The notes below the pieces were generated by a model. It did no database searches. It saw only the letters and a list, made by a program, of their open reading frames with translations, and was not told the origin of the DNA. Positions 1-16,730 of a stretch of 64,000 nucleotides of DNA are shown one piece after another. The translations under genes were made by a program, and so were the position numbers. The first letter of the stretch is position 1, and each line of letters starts with the position of its first letter. Source of the DNA: the human T2T-CHM13v2.0 reference genome, Homo sapiens; the NCBI RefSeq assembly GCF_009914755.1, contig NC_060928.1, one strand, 5' to 3'.

Positions 1-23
1 GTTTAGTTTCTATGGAAATCAGC

Positions 24-108
24 CTCTCTGTCTCTGTCACTGTCTCTCTCTCTCTCTGTCTCTCTCTCTCTCACACACACACACATACACAAACACACAC
101 ACACACAC
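24..108. repeat. Compound (TC)n-(CA)n microsatellite
   Basis: tctctc... runs followed by cacaca... runs, read directly. Confidence 0.95.
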
Positions 109-1360
109 AGAGTGAAGGCTGGGAATAATGAGCTGAATTCTCTATAAAACTCAATATTCCAATCTGAATGTAAATTATAAACCTTGCACAAGGGATCAAT
201 TTTACCACTTGGAGTGCAAGAATATATTCCTTAGCATTAAGCCATGATTTTGAGAGCTAAGTTTGGGGTTATTTAAAATTATTTTCCCTTTGTCATTTTC
301 ATGGGTTTTTTTAGGGGGTGGGGGCCTTAGTAAAAGAAAAATGCATTATGCCATTAATTAAAATTAAATGCCTCTCTTGCAGATAGCTGTAAGTCTATTA
401 GACTCCTAAACTACCCTTTGTCATTTTTAATAGACTTTTCCTAGACTTCATGTACCATATGTACACAAGTCACTCTATTCTCCTCTTGAGTCATGCATTT
501 AGGTCCTATTAACACTAATGGAATTTATATGCATGCACACTGAGGGAGAATAAGCCCCTTAAACACCTTTTTAATGGAACAGTTTTGTTTCTTTCCATTC
601 CTCTTCACACTCCTCTGTTTGGACTTTCTCTTACCAATCTGTGCTTCCAAATAATATAGTTCTGATTTCTTTTTCAGCTCTTATGCTTTATTTTTTATTG
701 AATTCCAGGGCTCAAGTTAGGACTTAACTTCCCCTCTTTTATTGATAATTCCTGGAAAAAGCAGCATGACTAAATCATTACTACTGTATTAGATTTTCTG
801 GTTTCAGAGTGAAATTCAGATGTTGCTTTCATTCAACATTTCATTTCATTTCAAAGTTCTTACTTTCCAGCAAATATATTTAACCCACAGGCTATTTTTT
901 TTTTTATCCTCCTGAAGACTTAACTAGCCAGGAGCCAATTAAGATAATGAATATTTACCCAGGAGGCTAAAGACTTTTCCACGTTAACATGCAAATAAAT
1001 AGGCATGATTTCAGACTCCCCTACTTTATAATGTTTTTATTTGTTTATACTTTAGGGAGGTTTTTTTTTTTTTCATCTTTTAAGTATCTATCACACAGGA
1101 CTTCAGCAACATGCTCAAATTTAGAACAGTAAAGTATCAGGAAATGCCTTTGGAACCATAAAGCTGCAGAAAGTAAACCTCTAATGCGTGTACTAACAAT
1201 CATATTTTTGTTTAGCTCTTAGAAATGCATTACTCTTTATTGTTCTTAAAATAAATAATCTTTATCAATAGACAGCTTTGTTTTTCCTTCCCCTATGTAA
1301 AATGAGAGACGGAATAAGACTGTTATGACCAAGTGCCTAGCAGAGTACCAGACTCACAGC

Positions 1361-1414
1361 ATTAATCTGAATCACATGAAACTGCCATTTTTGTAGATCA
1401 AAAGCTGTTGAATA
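1361..1414. mobile_element. Partial MADE2-like mariner MITE fragment
   Basis: cacatgaaactgccatttttgtagatcaaaa resembles the recalled MADE2 core; only about half of the element is present. Confidence 0.45.
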
Positions 1415-1877
1415 AGTGTTTAAAAAAATTTGTTGGGAAAAAAATAAAAATAAAAAAATAAAAACAGGTTACCCACACACACACAAAAAAATCTGTTGAA
1501 TACATCTGTTAAAAAAATAAATAAGTGAATGAAGTCTCTTTCAAGAGTAAAATTTTATTTTTATTCTAATTTCAAAAATTAAAACAATAGTCTAAGGTAG
1601 TTAAAATATACATTAAGCAATGAACTTTTCCCAGTCATTTAATGGAATAAAACTCTAAAACTGACTAGTGACTGTTGTTTTCTGACTCATTTTTTGGGCG
1701 GGGAGGGGGTACAGCAAATCTAATATTAATTAATTGCCACTAAAGGTAAGCTTAAATTTACATTATAGATAGATGATATTCTGATATATTTGAGCACTTG
1801 GAAAATAAATTGATATATGAAAGATCTGATGGTGTGTGTGGAAAGAATTGAGGATAAACATATGAAAAACTGAATAA

Positions 1878-2215
<338 letters not shown>

Positions 2216-3883
2216 TTATACAAGAAAGAAACCATAATTATAGCATATTACTTAACTTCAGTAAATAATATTCACATATCACAACCATATAACTCTTTTT
2301 AGTTATTCCAAAATATTATCTAAAAATACAAATTATCTATGCATTATGCCATTAATTAAAATTAAATGCCTCTCTTGCAGATACCTATACATCTATTAGA
2401 ATTACCTGAATTATTATCTAAAAATGTCAATACCAGTAGAAAGAGTTCAAAATATTGAAGCAGATTATGGATGGGAAGTATGAAAATGTGAGAAGGAAAT
2501 TTCTACTTTTAATCATGACATTTAGAACTTCAGGAAAACCCCTTGACCACACACCTCACAATATTACGAATTTCAGTGTAACTGAAGGAATTGGTGATGG
2601 GTTCCCATGCTCTGAACTAGACTCACCCCAATTATGTTAAGTTTACAATACTGCAACCCTATATTCTACCCAATTGAATTTTTTGACCCAATTTAGACTG
2701 TTATATGAGGTTTTATATCATTTGCATTTTAACTACATGCAAATATTAATATGATAAAAAATTAATTTAGAAAAACTTGAATTTCCTATTGAACCTATCC
2801 AAATTTTATTATTTTAAGCAATTAACTCCAAGTTGGAAGGTAAAGGTGATAGTGAGAGAGGAGGGGAACTCAGGCCACTCCTAGGTAACTTTAACTCGAC
2901 TTCACAATCTTACCTTTTTTCTCTGATTCCTCACTATTTCCAGCCACCTTTTTCTCACAGCTGACTGGCAGGAGGGTATGGAGCACTTTAGGTGCTATGG
3001 CCAGAATGAACAGGATAGGAAAAAAATCGTTTGAGTTCCTTAGTTTTCCTGCTGTAAGCCTCAATGCAACCTCATTATTTTGACATTAATTTTGCATTCA
3101 TGCAATAAAATAACTTCCACTATATTTTAGGAATGTAAAAAGCATGAGAAGGTAATACAGTTCATGAAAACTTACTTTGTATTTTCTGACTTTCAAAATT
3201 GGAAAATTCAACTCTGTGCAAAAATGTATCTACCCACTTTTTTCATGAATGTATCCTCCATTATGTCCAATTTATTATGGGAATCAAGTCTTTATCAGAA
3301 TAATTAATCAGATAAAATGGTTTTTGAGCCCATTCTGGAGGTGTGATGTCTATATTCCTTGCATACAAAGGTGAGCATTATAAATGAAATATGGTGTTTA
3401 GTAGATACTTAATCAGAAAAGCTTTTCAGTTCAATGCAGTGTCATTTTGGAGTTAAAAGGGGATCATGATTAAATAATTATTATGGCTTTTAACATTAGC
3501 CCCTTGCTGACTCAGGAAAGAAAGTTACCCAGATAGTGGGGCCAGAGCAGAAACAAAATAATTCAAAACCACAACGACAAAACAGATTAGGTAGTGTTTA
3601 AAACGAAAAACCCTAAATGGGCCCACCTTTGAGAATGTCTTCTCTATTATTCGGAAGTGGTAGCCCACTATGCCAGGTCAACTGAGAGCTCCCTGGGAGT
3701 GAAAACCCACTGCAGCCCCAGAATAATTTTGAACCCAAGTTCCAGTTGGAGATCCAAAGTGCTGGTACTTGGATCCTCCAATTGCTGCTTCTAGAGTATT
3801 GTTTTAACTTGCTCATTCAAAAATCCCTTTTCTGTGAGTCCCACGGCATCTTTTTGTAGCCATTTTCTCAGATAATAAGCAAA

Positions 3884-4130
3884 GCATAGTGTGATTAGGA
3901 GCATGAACTCCTGAGCTATATACTCCTAGGTTTAAACCTCAGATTCTCCACTTATTAAGTGTCTGGCCTTGGTAAATTATTTAACCTTTCAGTCTCAATT
4001 TCATCATCTGTAAAATGAGGGTAATTATAATGCCTGTTTCACAGATTTTCTGTGAACATTAAATGACTTATCACATGTAACAGAACAGTACCAAGCATGT
4101 AGTAGACATTTTGTAAATTCCAGCTGTTAT
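3884..4130 (+). mobile_element. MIR SINE
   Basis: Core ttatttaacctttcagtctcaatttcatcatctgtaaaatgagg. Confidence 0.8.
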
Positions 4131-4171
4131 TTAACAGGCTGAACTCAATAGGTGCACTTCCTCTTCCTCGA

Positions 4172-4213
4172 CCACACACACACACACACAGACACACACA
4201 CACACACTCACAC
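4172..4213. repeat. (CA)n microsatellite
   Basis: Read directly. Confidence 0.9.
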
Positions 4214-4680
4214 GAGTCCCTTTAAACCCATTATAAGATCTTGTTTCTTCCTTGGATTAAATATTGGACTGATCCTATAACTTTTCCATAATTTTCAAGA
4301 TTACTCCAATCATCTTCTATCCCAATAAGTTATATTTGAATAATTAAAACATAGAGTCGTATTAAATCACTAGAATTTCCAACTTTTAACTAATGTGGAG
4401 ATTTTCCTCTATCCCAGCTTGAAACCATTTATACCTGGAAGGCTTTGTGCATTGGCTGGGATGAGAGGGGATGTGAAGGGTCAGCTTTTGCTCTCCCTCC
4501 TTCTCACCAATTAGCTTTACTTCCTCTGCTAGCATCCTTGTCAGCATTCCCGACCCTTCCAAAGCCTGCCCCGGGAGAAGTGGGTATTATGGGAGCACGC
4601 TGAGCTTGGGAGTTGATTAGAGCTGGTACTTTCCCTAGCAGAGTGCTTTGGAAGTTTTCTCAGAAGTTTACATTTTTTAA

Positions 4681-5228
<548 letters not shown>

Positions 5229-6016
5229 TCAATTGCAGGTCAGTATCATTAAACCAAGCATCCTCAACTCCAGGGCACATGTTTCAAGTTTCCAGGTGGA
5301 AAGAATCGTGTACAACCTGTGCAGGACTCCTCCTTTCTCCAGTGCTGGAAGGACTGGTTATGCACACACCAAATCTCCCCAAGGAATCTTCTCTCCATCC
5401 ATGTAGCATGTCCTGACGAGGCAATCCAGCACCTCCTTTGGCACACCGTGGTGACTGGGCAGATACTGATTTATTCTCAGTCTTTGGAGCCTCAGCCAAA
5501 ACTGTGATGTAAAGTATTCCATCTTATATTTTGTTACATTTGTTTTTAACTACTGCTCACTTCCAAGCCACTCTGCACATTCATCGAGGTATTTGATTGC
5601 TAGATTAATCTTCTTTTTACAGCCTGGTGCCTTTTTCATCAGTGGAGGGATTTAATTTCTGTGAATTTAGTTTTACCTGCCTGTGGGGCGAGGGGTATTT
5701 GGTAGTGAAAAGATAGATAACAATTTCAACACTGCTTGCAGTTCCATGGCCATTCTTCTCAGTGAATTTATAACCCTGTGTAAGCTCCAGCTGGAGTTGA
5801 GTCTGCTATTTCCTAGGATGTATTCTGTTCCTGATATGCTTTTATACTATGAGCATCTCACCTTACTGAGCATGAGTCTATTATTTTAAAATATATGTTT
5901 TTCATACCTATAGCCCCTAAATGCAAACCAAAATACATGTGGTTCTTAACGAGAAACACTGATCTTTTCTAAAGCTAGAGGGGAAACTGAAAATTAACTT
6001 GTGTAAAAAAAAAAGA

Positions 6017-7031
<1,015 letters not shown>

Positions 7032-8126
7032 ATCCAGGCATCAGAAGGAGCAGAGGTTCTTGGAAGAGTGTGAGGCTGTGCCTGAACACCCCTCAGCCCA
7101 GGCTCCAGCTCTCCTCAATGTCACTCTCTCCCAGTTCTCTTCCTGCCTTTCCCATTGTTTTTGCCTAGGCTAAGTGAGGGAAAGAAAAATAAGCCTTAGA
7201 TGGCTTAAGTCAAAGGTCTAAAAAGCCAGGTTACTAATGTTTTATGCAAGGTGGTTTTTTTAAAGGAATTTCTAGAACTTTTCACTGTGTGTTTCTCAAA
7301 GACTCTTTTATACCACAAGGAGGAAAAGGAAATGAACCACGAATAGCAAAGTGGTCTGCCCTTAGCCACACAACAATCATGGGGAAGATCTACGGTTTCC
7401 TGTTGTTGGCCTGGCCTGCTGAACCATTTTTCTTGCTAAGTTACTTAAGCCTATCTGGGCTTCAGTTTGGTTTTGTCTGTTTTATAATCTTTAACTTTTT
7501 AAAAAAGAAACAGTATATTTTGTGTGTAAGCCAGTGGCTGATGACGAGGATCAAATAAGAAAAGTTTGACAATGCATGTGAAAACCTCCTACTCAGACCT
7601 CCTTCCTCTAAGTCTCCAGGCCACTCACACTGCCAGCTCATTTTGGCCTAGTTATTTGCTTGTTCTCTCTGTCCCAAACATTAAAACTTGCCTGTCCAAG
7701 ATTCCTCAACATTTGTTTCATTGAGCATGTCAAAAGAAAACCAAGTAATCTGAAAAAAATAAAACATAAAAACCTCTTGGCTAATAGAAGAAGGTAAACG
7801 GGTCTTACTCTCCTTCTAGTTTGCATCGTGGGCTTCCTTTTAGAAAGGAGGCCCTACATTTTTCTGGTCTAGAAGAGTGGTATCTAATGGCAGGACTATC
7901 ACATCAGGTAGAATGTGATGGCAAAAAATAGATGGAAGAAACATTTGAGAACAGAGAGAGTTTTGGAGTTTCCTGAATCCGCACTAAGCCATCCATAACT
8001 GATTCCATCAGCTCGTTGTTAACACTGAAGTGATAGAACAAGGATTCAGAGCGAGAACCCAACTGATGGATCCTGGTAGTGAAATCGAGTAATACAGGTG
8101 CGCTTGTTCTATGTCTAACATCTTTA

Positions 8127-8547
<421 letters not shown>

Positions 8548-8639
8548 AGTATGTGTGTGAAGTTTTCACTTCAAAAGCTAATCTGCAGCCAGATTGGGAA
8601 TATTAATGCACAATACTGATGTCAGCAGGCATTATTTAA

Positions 8640-9001
<362 letters not shown>

Positions 9002-9036
9002 GGCTGGTTATTCTTTATTTTTCATATAGATCTATT

Positions 9037-9438
9037 GTATAACAGGGAACCGTCAGGAGATCAGAGAAAGCTGGAGGATGGAGAAATTGGGGGATATGTT
9101 CTGCATCCTTTCCTGTCCAACTCCCTCTTTCTCTCTGCCAGGCTCTGGTTTGACAATGACTGTGTTACTCTATGCAGGGCCAGAGTTCATGCTGGATGGG
9201 CCTCGTGGCATGGCTACAGTTCTCATCAGCTTTCAGTAAAGTCATTTCCTCTCCACTTGCCGCTTCAGCCCTCACAGTTCTAACAGCTTCCCACTGATGC
9301 TAGTCCTCAGGTAGTCACCATTTCTTTTTGGTTCTCATAACCATGCCCAGCCTTTGTGAATAGTCTCTCCATCAAACTCATTTCAATTGATCCCTTTAAT
9401 TGTATTATCTGCTTCCTGCAAGGATACTGAGTGATACA
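9037..9438 (+). mobile_element. Old ERVL LTR (LTR16/LTR33-like)
   Basis: 3' end cttcctgcaaggatactgagtgataca resembles these families. Confidence 0.55.
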
Positions 9439-10067
9439 CGTACAAAAGATAAAATGGAGAATTGAAGAAATTTCTAAGTTACACAGATGTAAAAGAAAAC
9501 ATAAAATGACTTTTATCTGATATTTTTACATAATTAAAGTACTTCAATGCTTCATCCTTCTCCATGTGGACAGTGCAAGAATCAACTCCATTCAAAACAG
9601 TGTCTTCATTTTTCCCAGTTTTTTTATACAAGTTCTTTCAAAAATCTTTATTATAATATTAATTCTTTAACTATCCTCCAAAGATTATTCACCTCTTGGA
9701 GGTATTTTGAAAGATTTTTGTGTAATGTATAATGTCAAAGAGAACATTACAATTTTCATGTAATAAGTCCCTGGTTCACTCCCAGGTTTGGGCTCCCCCC
9801 AAATATATATGCTAAAATACATATGAAGTCATCTAGCTTTCTTTTTCCGAAAGCACAGCAAAAAGATGAGCATAAGTTCAGGGATACTGGAGTTGCTGAA
9901 GAAATCAAATGACAACTCTAGATTCTAAATGAAAAATAATTACTACAAGGGAAGACTGAAAACCATTAGACAATAGATGTAATATCAAATAAATGCAGCC
10001 ATTATCCCACTCTAATAGATCTTTAATTTCCTAAAGGTCTCTGCAGTTTAGAAAATGTTTCCATACA

Positions 10068-10560
10068 TGTAGAGGTTTGCTAATTGCCTCCCGTGTACAG
10101 TTCTCCTTTGCCTTGGGAACAGAAGTAGAACTCTGGGTTTTAGTTGAGCGTATAGCCACCGAACTAACAGACTACATTCCCCAGCCTCCTCTGCAGTTAG
10201 TTGTAGCCAGGTAGCTGAGTTCTGACAAATGAGATCTGAGTGAGGTGAGTGGAACATACAGCAAGTCTCCTTAAGAGAAGTGCTCTTCTTCCCTTTCCCT
10301 CCTTTTTGTTGGCTGCAAAGCAGACAGGATGCTTGGAGCTTAGACCAGATGCTCTGAACCACAAGCAGCATGCGGATGGCAGAGCAGCAACATAGAAGCA
10401 GCCTGGGTCACTGATGATGGTGGAGTTTTCTTACCAGCCCTAAGCAACCTACCTCCAGACTCTATTCATGGAAAAGAAAAATCAATTTCTATCATGTTTA
10501 AATCACTCTTAATTTGTATTTTTAAAATCATATAAAGCCAATTGTAATCCTAAGCTATAT
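10068..10560 (+). mobile_element. MLT1 (MaLR) LTR, MLT1J-like
   Basis: actacattccccagcctcctctgcagttag and agcctgggtcactgatgatg motifs. Confidence 0.7.
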
Positions 10561-10794
10561 AATTTATATTATCTTACCTAATTGTAAGCTAAATGAAATT
10601 GTGTGAGGGTAGAAGTCATGTATTTCTTCACTGCTAAACCCTCACAGTGCCAGCACAAAGTAGGCACACACGAAATCATTTCTCTAATTAAGTGAATAAA
10701 TGAATGATCCATAAAAACACCCCTTTGAAAAAGATCATTGATAGGATAATGTTCTCCAAATGCGAACAATAATAATAGAAAGACTTTTTAAAAA

Positions 10795-11040
10795 AGCAGC
10801 ATAGTACTGTGGACAAATGTGTGGGCTCTGGAACCACTCTGCCTGGCTCCAATCCTTACTCTGATACTTACCAGCTGTGGGTTGGAAAACTTCACTTAAC
10901 TTCTCCCTGTAATATGTAAATAGAGAAAATATCAATACCTACCTAATAGAGCTTTTATAAGAATTAACTGTGTTGATATATTTCTAAAACCTAAAATAAA
11001 TACTGGCATTAGCAAGCATTCAACAAATATTAACTAGTAG
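10795..11040 (+). mobile_element. MIR SINE
   Basis: tacttaccagctgtgggttggaaaacttcacttaacttctc core. Confidence 0.7.
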
Positions 11041-11052
11041 TAAGTACATATA

Positions 11053-11660
11053 CAGCTGATCCTCATTATTTGCACATTCTGTATTTGCAAATTCGCCTAC
11101 TCACTAAAACATATTTGAACCCCAACAATCAATGCTTATGGGCTTCTGTGATCATTCATAGAGCAGTGAAAATTTTGAGTCGCCCAATGCACACATTCCC
11201 CACTGAGCTGAACAAGGTGACACTCTCCATTTTTCAGCTCTCATACTGTAAACAAGTGACCTTTCCTCAGTCAATTTAGTTTTTACATTTTTGTGCTTTT
11301 TGTTGGTGACTTCACTGTTTAAAATCGTCCCCAACTGCACTGCTGAAGTGCTGTCCAGTAAGCGCAAGAAGGCTGTCATGCACCTCACAGAGAAAATACC
11401 CATGAAAGGTAAGCTTTGTTCACTCATGCATTACAGCTCTGTTGGCCATGTGTTCAATGTTAGTAAATCCACAATATATATTAAATAAGGTATAGAAATA
11501 CACATAAAACAGGCTATGTATTGATCAATTGACAAACATGTTATGATAAGAGACTCACAGAAATCTAACCCTGTATTTCCCCTAGGTTCAGTATTCACTA
11601 ATCCAGAATTGGCAGTAACTTTATAGAACATAAGCTATTAAAAATAATGAGAACTGACTC
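11053..11660 (+). mobile_element. MER82 (TcMar-Tigger) DNA transposon fossil
   Basis: Starts after TA with cagctgatcctcattatttgc...attcgcctactcactaaaa; ends aataatgagaactgact, an imperfect inverted terminus. Confidence 0.8.
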
Positions 11661-11662
11661 TC

Positions 11663-11699
<37 letters not shown>
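11663..11699. repeat. (TG)n microsatellite
   Basis: Read directly. Confidence 0.95.
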
Positions 11700-11700
<1 letters not shown>

Positions 11701-11723
11701 CATAAAACAATAAGTTCTTTCTT

Positions 11724-12020
<297 letters not shown>

Positions 12021-12639
12021 TTAATTACAAAGTACTTTATTTCCTAGGACCAATTTATGGCTAGCTTCAATTTATATTTTTGTTACATGAATCTTTAAGA
12101 GGAGGACTTGGTGATCCTTTCCATGGGGAGAAAAATTTCTAGCTGGACTTGGAGGGCTAATAACACAAAGCTTGAAATTGCAAAAGCCAAAGTGAATTTT
12201 TAGTTAACAACAACAAAAAAAATCAACAGGTAGTTGATCCAGAGGATTAGCTGGTGGGCTGAAGTGACAACCAGGAGTTCCTGAATGTAAGTGTTTGTCT
12301 TATTTTAAACTTCTGACAAGTTACTCAACTAACATAAGACTACACGGGAAGTACGTTAACAATGCAAGTTGTCTATGTCTAGTCCTGTAGTGGATAGGAG
12401 TCAGGTTCTAGACTTGACAGTGTAGACTAGAGGCAGTGTGAGTTGGGGTGATCCCTGGAAAAGAGAAGGCAGACCAGAACTGTGAACTCATATTTCCTGT
12501 TATAGTTATATATTAAATAAAATTCTTAATAAAGTAGATGATGTATTCCTCAAAATTAAAAAGAGAATTTTGTTGTTCACCAGCATTGGCTTTGGAATCA
12601 GCAGACCTGGGTGTGAATATCAACTCTACTATTTCCTAA

Positions 12640-12993
<354 letters not shown>

Positions 12994-13287
12994 TGATAAA
13001 GTCAGGAACTAATACCTACCTCAAAATATTGTTTATATGTTTAAATGTTGCATGTGTATGACAAATACCATACTGCTAGGCATATAGTCAGTTTTCAGTA
13101 AGCAGCAATAAATATATAATCCCAGGTTTTGTCTTTCTCTTCAGTAGAAAAGAAATCCTTAGCTTATATGTATACCAAGATGTGATTATTTTAGCAAATA
13201 TTTTAATATACTTTGAAAAGAACATAAGTATTTGGTGTGTTTCATCTCAATTACAATAATCATATTAATACTCAATCTCTGCACTTC

Positions 13288-13752
13288 TTTTTTTTTACTT
13301 TAAGTTCTGGGGTACATGTGCAGAACGTGCAGGTTTGTTACATGGATATACATGTACCATGGTGGTTTGCTGCACCCATCAACCTGTCACCTAGGTTTTA
13401 AGCCCCGCATATTTGTCCTAATGCTCTCCCTCCCCTTACCCCCCTCCTCCTGACAGACCCTGGTGTGTGATGTTCCCTTCCCTGTGTCCATGTGTTCTCA
13501 TTGTTCAGCTCCCAATTATGAGTGAGAATATGTGGTGTTTGGTTTTCTGTTCCTGTGTTAGTTTGCTGAGAATGATGTATTCCAGCTTCGTCCATGTCCC
13601 TGCACTGGACATGAACTCATTCTTTTTTATGGCTGCATAGTATTCCATGGTGTATATGTGCCACATTTTCTTTATTCAGTCTATCACTGATGGACATTTG
13701 GGTTGGTTCCAAGTCTTTGCTATTGTAAATAGTACTGCAATACACATACTTG
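13288..13752 (-). mobile_element. 5'-truncated L1PA (L1PA7/8-like) 3' end
   Basis: tactttaagttctggggtacatgtgcagaacgtgcagg is the antisense L1PA 3' end; TSD tcaatctctgcacttctt / tcaatctctacacttctt. Confidence 0.93.
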
Positions 13753-14193
13753 TCAATCTCTACACTTCTTAACATCAGAGAAATGTGTCAGGGAAAAGAA
13801 AACTTATTTTAAAGGTTTTTAATTATAGGAATTTGGAAATTAGCTCAAAACTTCTTCTTCTAGAGACCTTTCATTAAGGAAAGCATAATTTTGTCACTGA
13901 GCCCCAGGTTGATATTTAGAGATTAGACATCTAATCACAATGGATTGACACATTCATTCATTCATTCATCACTTGTTGAGAATACACTAAAGGCCAGATT
14001 CTGTCCAATGCCCTGGGAATTTAGCTGTGAGCAACATACGCATGGTCCCTGCCCTGTGGTCTTGGGAGGAGAGGAGGAAAATGAAAGCATAAAACAATTA
14101 CACAAACAACTGTATAATTATAAAAAATGATACACCTCAAGAAGTGTTACATCAGGACACACGTGATCCAGCCTCAGCATTCTTTCAAAGAAA

Positions 14194-14292
14194 TAATGAG
14201 TAATTATTTCAGGAACTAATGAGTAATTCCAGGAACTAATGAGTAACTCCAGGAACTAATAAGTAAGTCTAGAACTAATGAGTAATTCCAGT
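14194..14292. repeat. 20-bp minisatellite, about 5 copies (TAATGAGTAATTCCAGGAAC)
   Basis: Units read directly. Confidence 0.9.
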
Positions 14293-16129
14293 ATAACAAT
14301 GGGAAGAAAATATTTCTCCTTCAGTGACACTTCCAAAAATTCCCTCTCCTCTTGTACTTGCCTGACTCCTCAGAGCCACAAAACATCTCATCCCCTATCC
14401 TGAGGCCACAATGGTCTCTTAATTTCTATTTGTTTCCCATTTTCCACCTCCCTGGTTTCTTCCCCATTCCCATTCCACTCCGTTCCCCAACAATATCCCC
14501 AAATCCTCCTTGGACGTGTAAGAGTGGAATAAACAAAGCAGCACACTTTTTACAAGTTGCGAGAAAAAGGCCAGGGATATCCTCTGATATTAATTTTTAT
14601 TACTGTGCAGAAGGAAAACTACAGGGTTTAATAGAAGCATTCAATAGGAAAGCCCAACCAGTCTGGTAAAAATAGAGAAAAATCCCTGGGAAAATAACAT
14701 TTAAGTTGAGACTGGAAGAAGAAGCAGTTAGTGGAGAGAGGGAAGAAGAGGACATGAATGAGATAGAAAACAGCACGGCATTGGCGGAACAAAGAAAAGG
14801 TCAATGTTGTCAGGGCAGAGCAGGGAGAGAGAAGTTTCCCTCATTTGGTGAATGAGGCTGGATAGGCAGAGAGGGGCCAGATCATGCAGGGTTTTATCTT
14901 AAAAGCAATAGGAAACCACTGAAGAGTATTTATTTTGTATTTATGAATATAATTCATTATGAATATAATTCTTTATATTTTCAGGTCAAATTTTGTGAAT
15001 GTTTTTGGTAACACTGGTTTTTTAAAGCCAAGAATATTACTCCGAACTTTTCTCATCCACTATCATAACATACTCACCAAGGCTTTTTATTTTGAAATGA
15101 GAGTGATCCATGTACCTTAGTTTCTAAAATTCACTTTTCTTTAAAATGAAAATCACATAGAAAAAATGAATATATCCTGCACCTATGCACAAATGCATTC
15201 CAGTTTGAATTGCTATAGACCATGTGTTGAAACACCCCAAATAAGGTTATTCCAGGAAATATAGCATAATTATAGCTCAAAACGTAGCTCTCCTTGATTA
15301 TATTATGAAACCCAAAATGGACTTGTGACACAGGTTAGTTTTCAAACATTGAAATACACACATTTTTATCTTCCTCTATGCTTGTAACAAAGATTCCTTC
15401 TCTCTGTGTTCACACTGAATGACTGTGTTCAGCAGGGAAGAAACCAGTCTCTCATACCATTCTTTTCCCAAACACCTGGTTATTCAGTTTTAACAAGGTG
15501 ACTGGTTTCCACCATAACTCTGCTATTTTTCCACTTGGCTGAGTCCCCCTGGACCTTAAAGTAAAAACCTATGTAACATTAGCGTTCCTACTTATACTAT
15601 ACGGGTTCCACCTACATCATGCCACTAATTTACAGGGGATACTGTGAATAATGCAAATAGGTATTCCTTCCTGTGCACTTTCATTTGAATCTCTCTGAGA
15701 TGGACCAAAAGGCAATATTATTCAGATCTTTCATTTTCTACCTCAATTCATATTTCACTGATTTATAAGCACAGGTAGAACTCTTTCATCTGCTGCTGGC
15801 TCCTTTCCTAGTTTATTGTGTATTTGAAATAACCATAAAGCGAAAAGATTTGCCAAGTTACCTTATTTATAGGATTAGAATAATGGTTGCCATTTACCTT
15901 TCAGACCAAAGTTCTTTCAAATATAACTAGAAGGAGGTCATTCCACAGTTGCAGTTACCCTTCCAAATGCTATAGAAATTCAGGGGAAGAGTGGTCATGT
16001 CAAACCCCCAGGTTGCATACTTTATATGGTAAAGTATGCCGTAAGGGTGTACCTGGTGCTTACTGAAACCATTCTAGTTTGAGAGCAGATGGACCATAAA
16101 CACCAGGTAAATAATACTGGCTTTAATAA

Positions 16130-16730
16130 TTTTTAATTAAATGGAGAACTTAGAAGTTGACCACAAAGTTCTCCTTCCTACCTGGCTATGGAGGGAACAA
16201 TATTGTATACATTGAGGTTTAAAAAGAAAAGTATCACTCTTAGACCCAGGTGAACCGACCCTTGTCCTAAGCCCCATGCTGTAGAGGGCCCCACTCTTCC
16301 CCATGTTGCAGTCTCCTGTGCCCACTCAGAGGCTACACCCCCCACCCTTCGGGACCATTTCTGAATTCTAGGACCCCAGAATTCCTTGCCCAAATAGTCC
16401 TCAACCTGCTTCCAGAGTTTCTAGACCTAAAGGTGATCAAGTGGCAGCTGTCAGCGAGGAAGTGTGGTTGGTGCCTGGGTATGTGAATTGGGGTGTCCAC
16501 ACATACACAGGAAGCCCCTCGCCATGTAAGATGCAGCCAGCCATGGAGGAGACAGGGCCTGGCTCTCCCCATGCCTCCATGCTCTGGTAGGAAACACCAG
16601 GTTAAGAGAAAGAACATCTCTTACTGAACAATTTGATCACTTGATTTATAACTTGGAAATATTTAGATATATGATCTGCGGGCCTCTATTTATATTCTTG
16701 CCCCAAATCTCACAATTGTAAAAAATGGGC
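16130..16730. mobile_element. hAT-Tip100 fossil (MER115/MER45-like)
   Basis: End ggcctctatttatattcttgccccaaatctcacaattgt resembles the recalled MER115/MER45 terminus; left boundary uncertain. Confidence 0.45.

Noticed and set aside
14194-14292. 20-bp repeats as a CRISPR-like array
   Set aside because: Head-to-tail minisatellite without spacers
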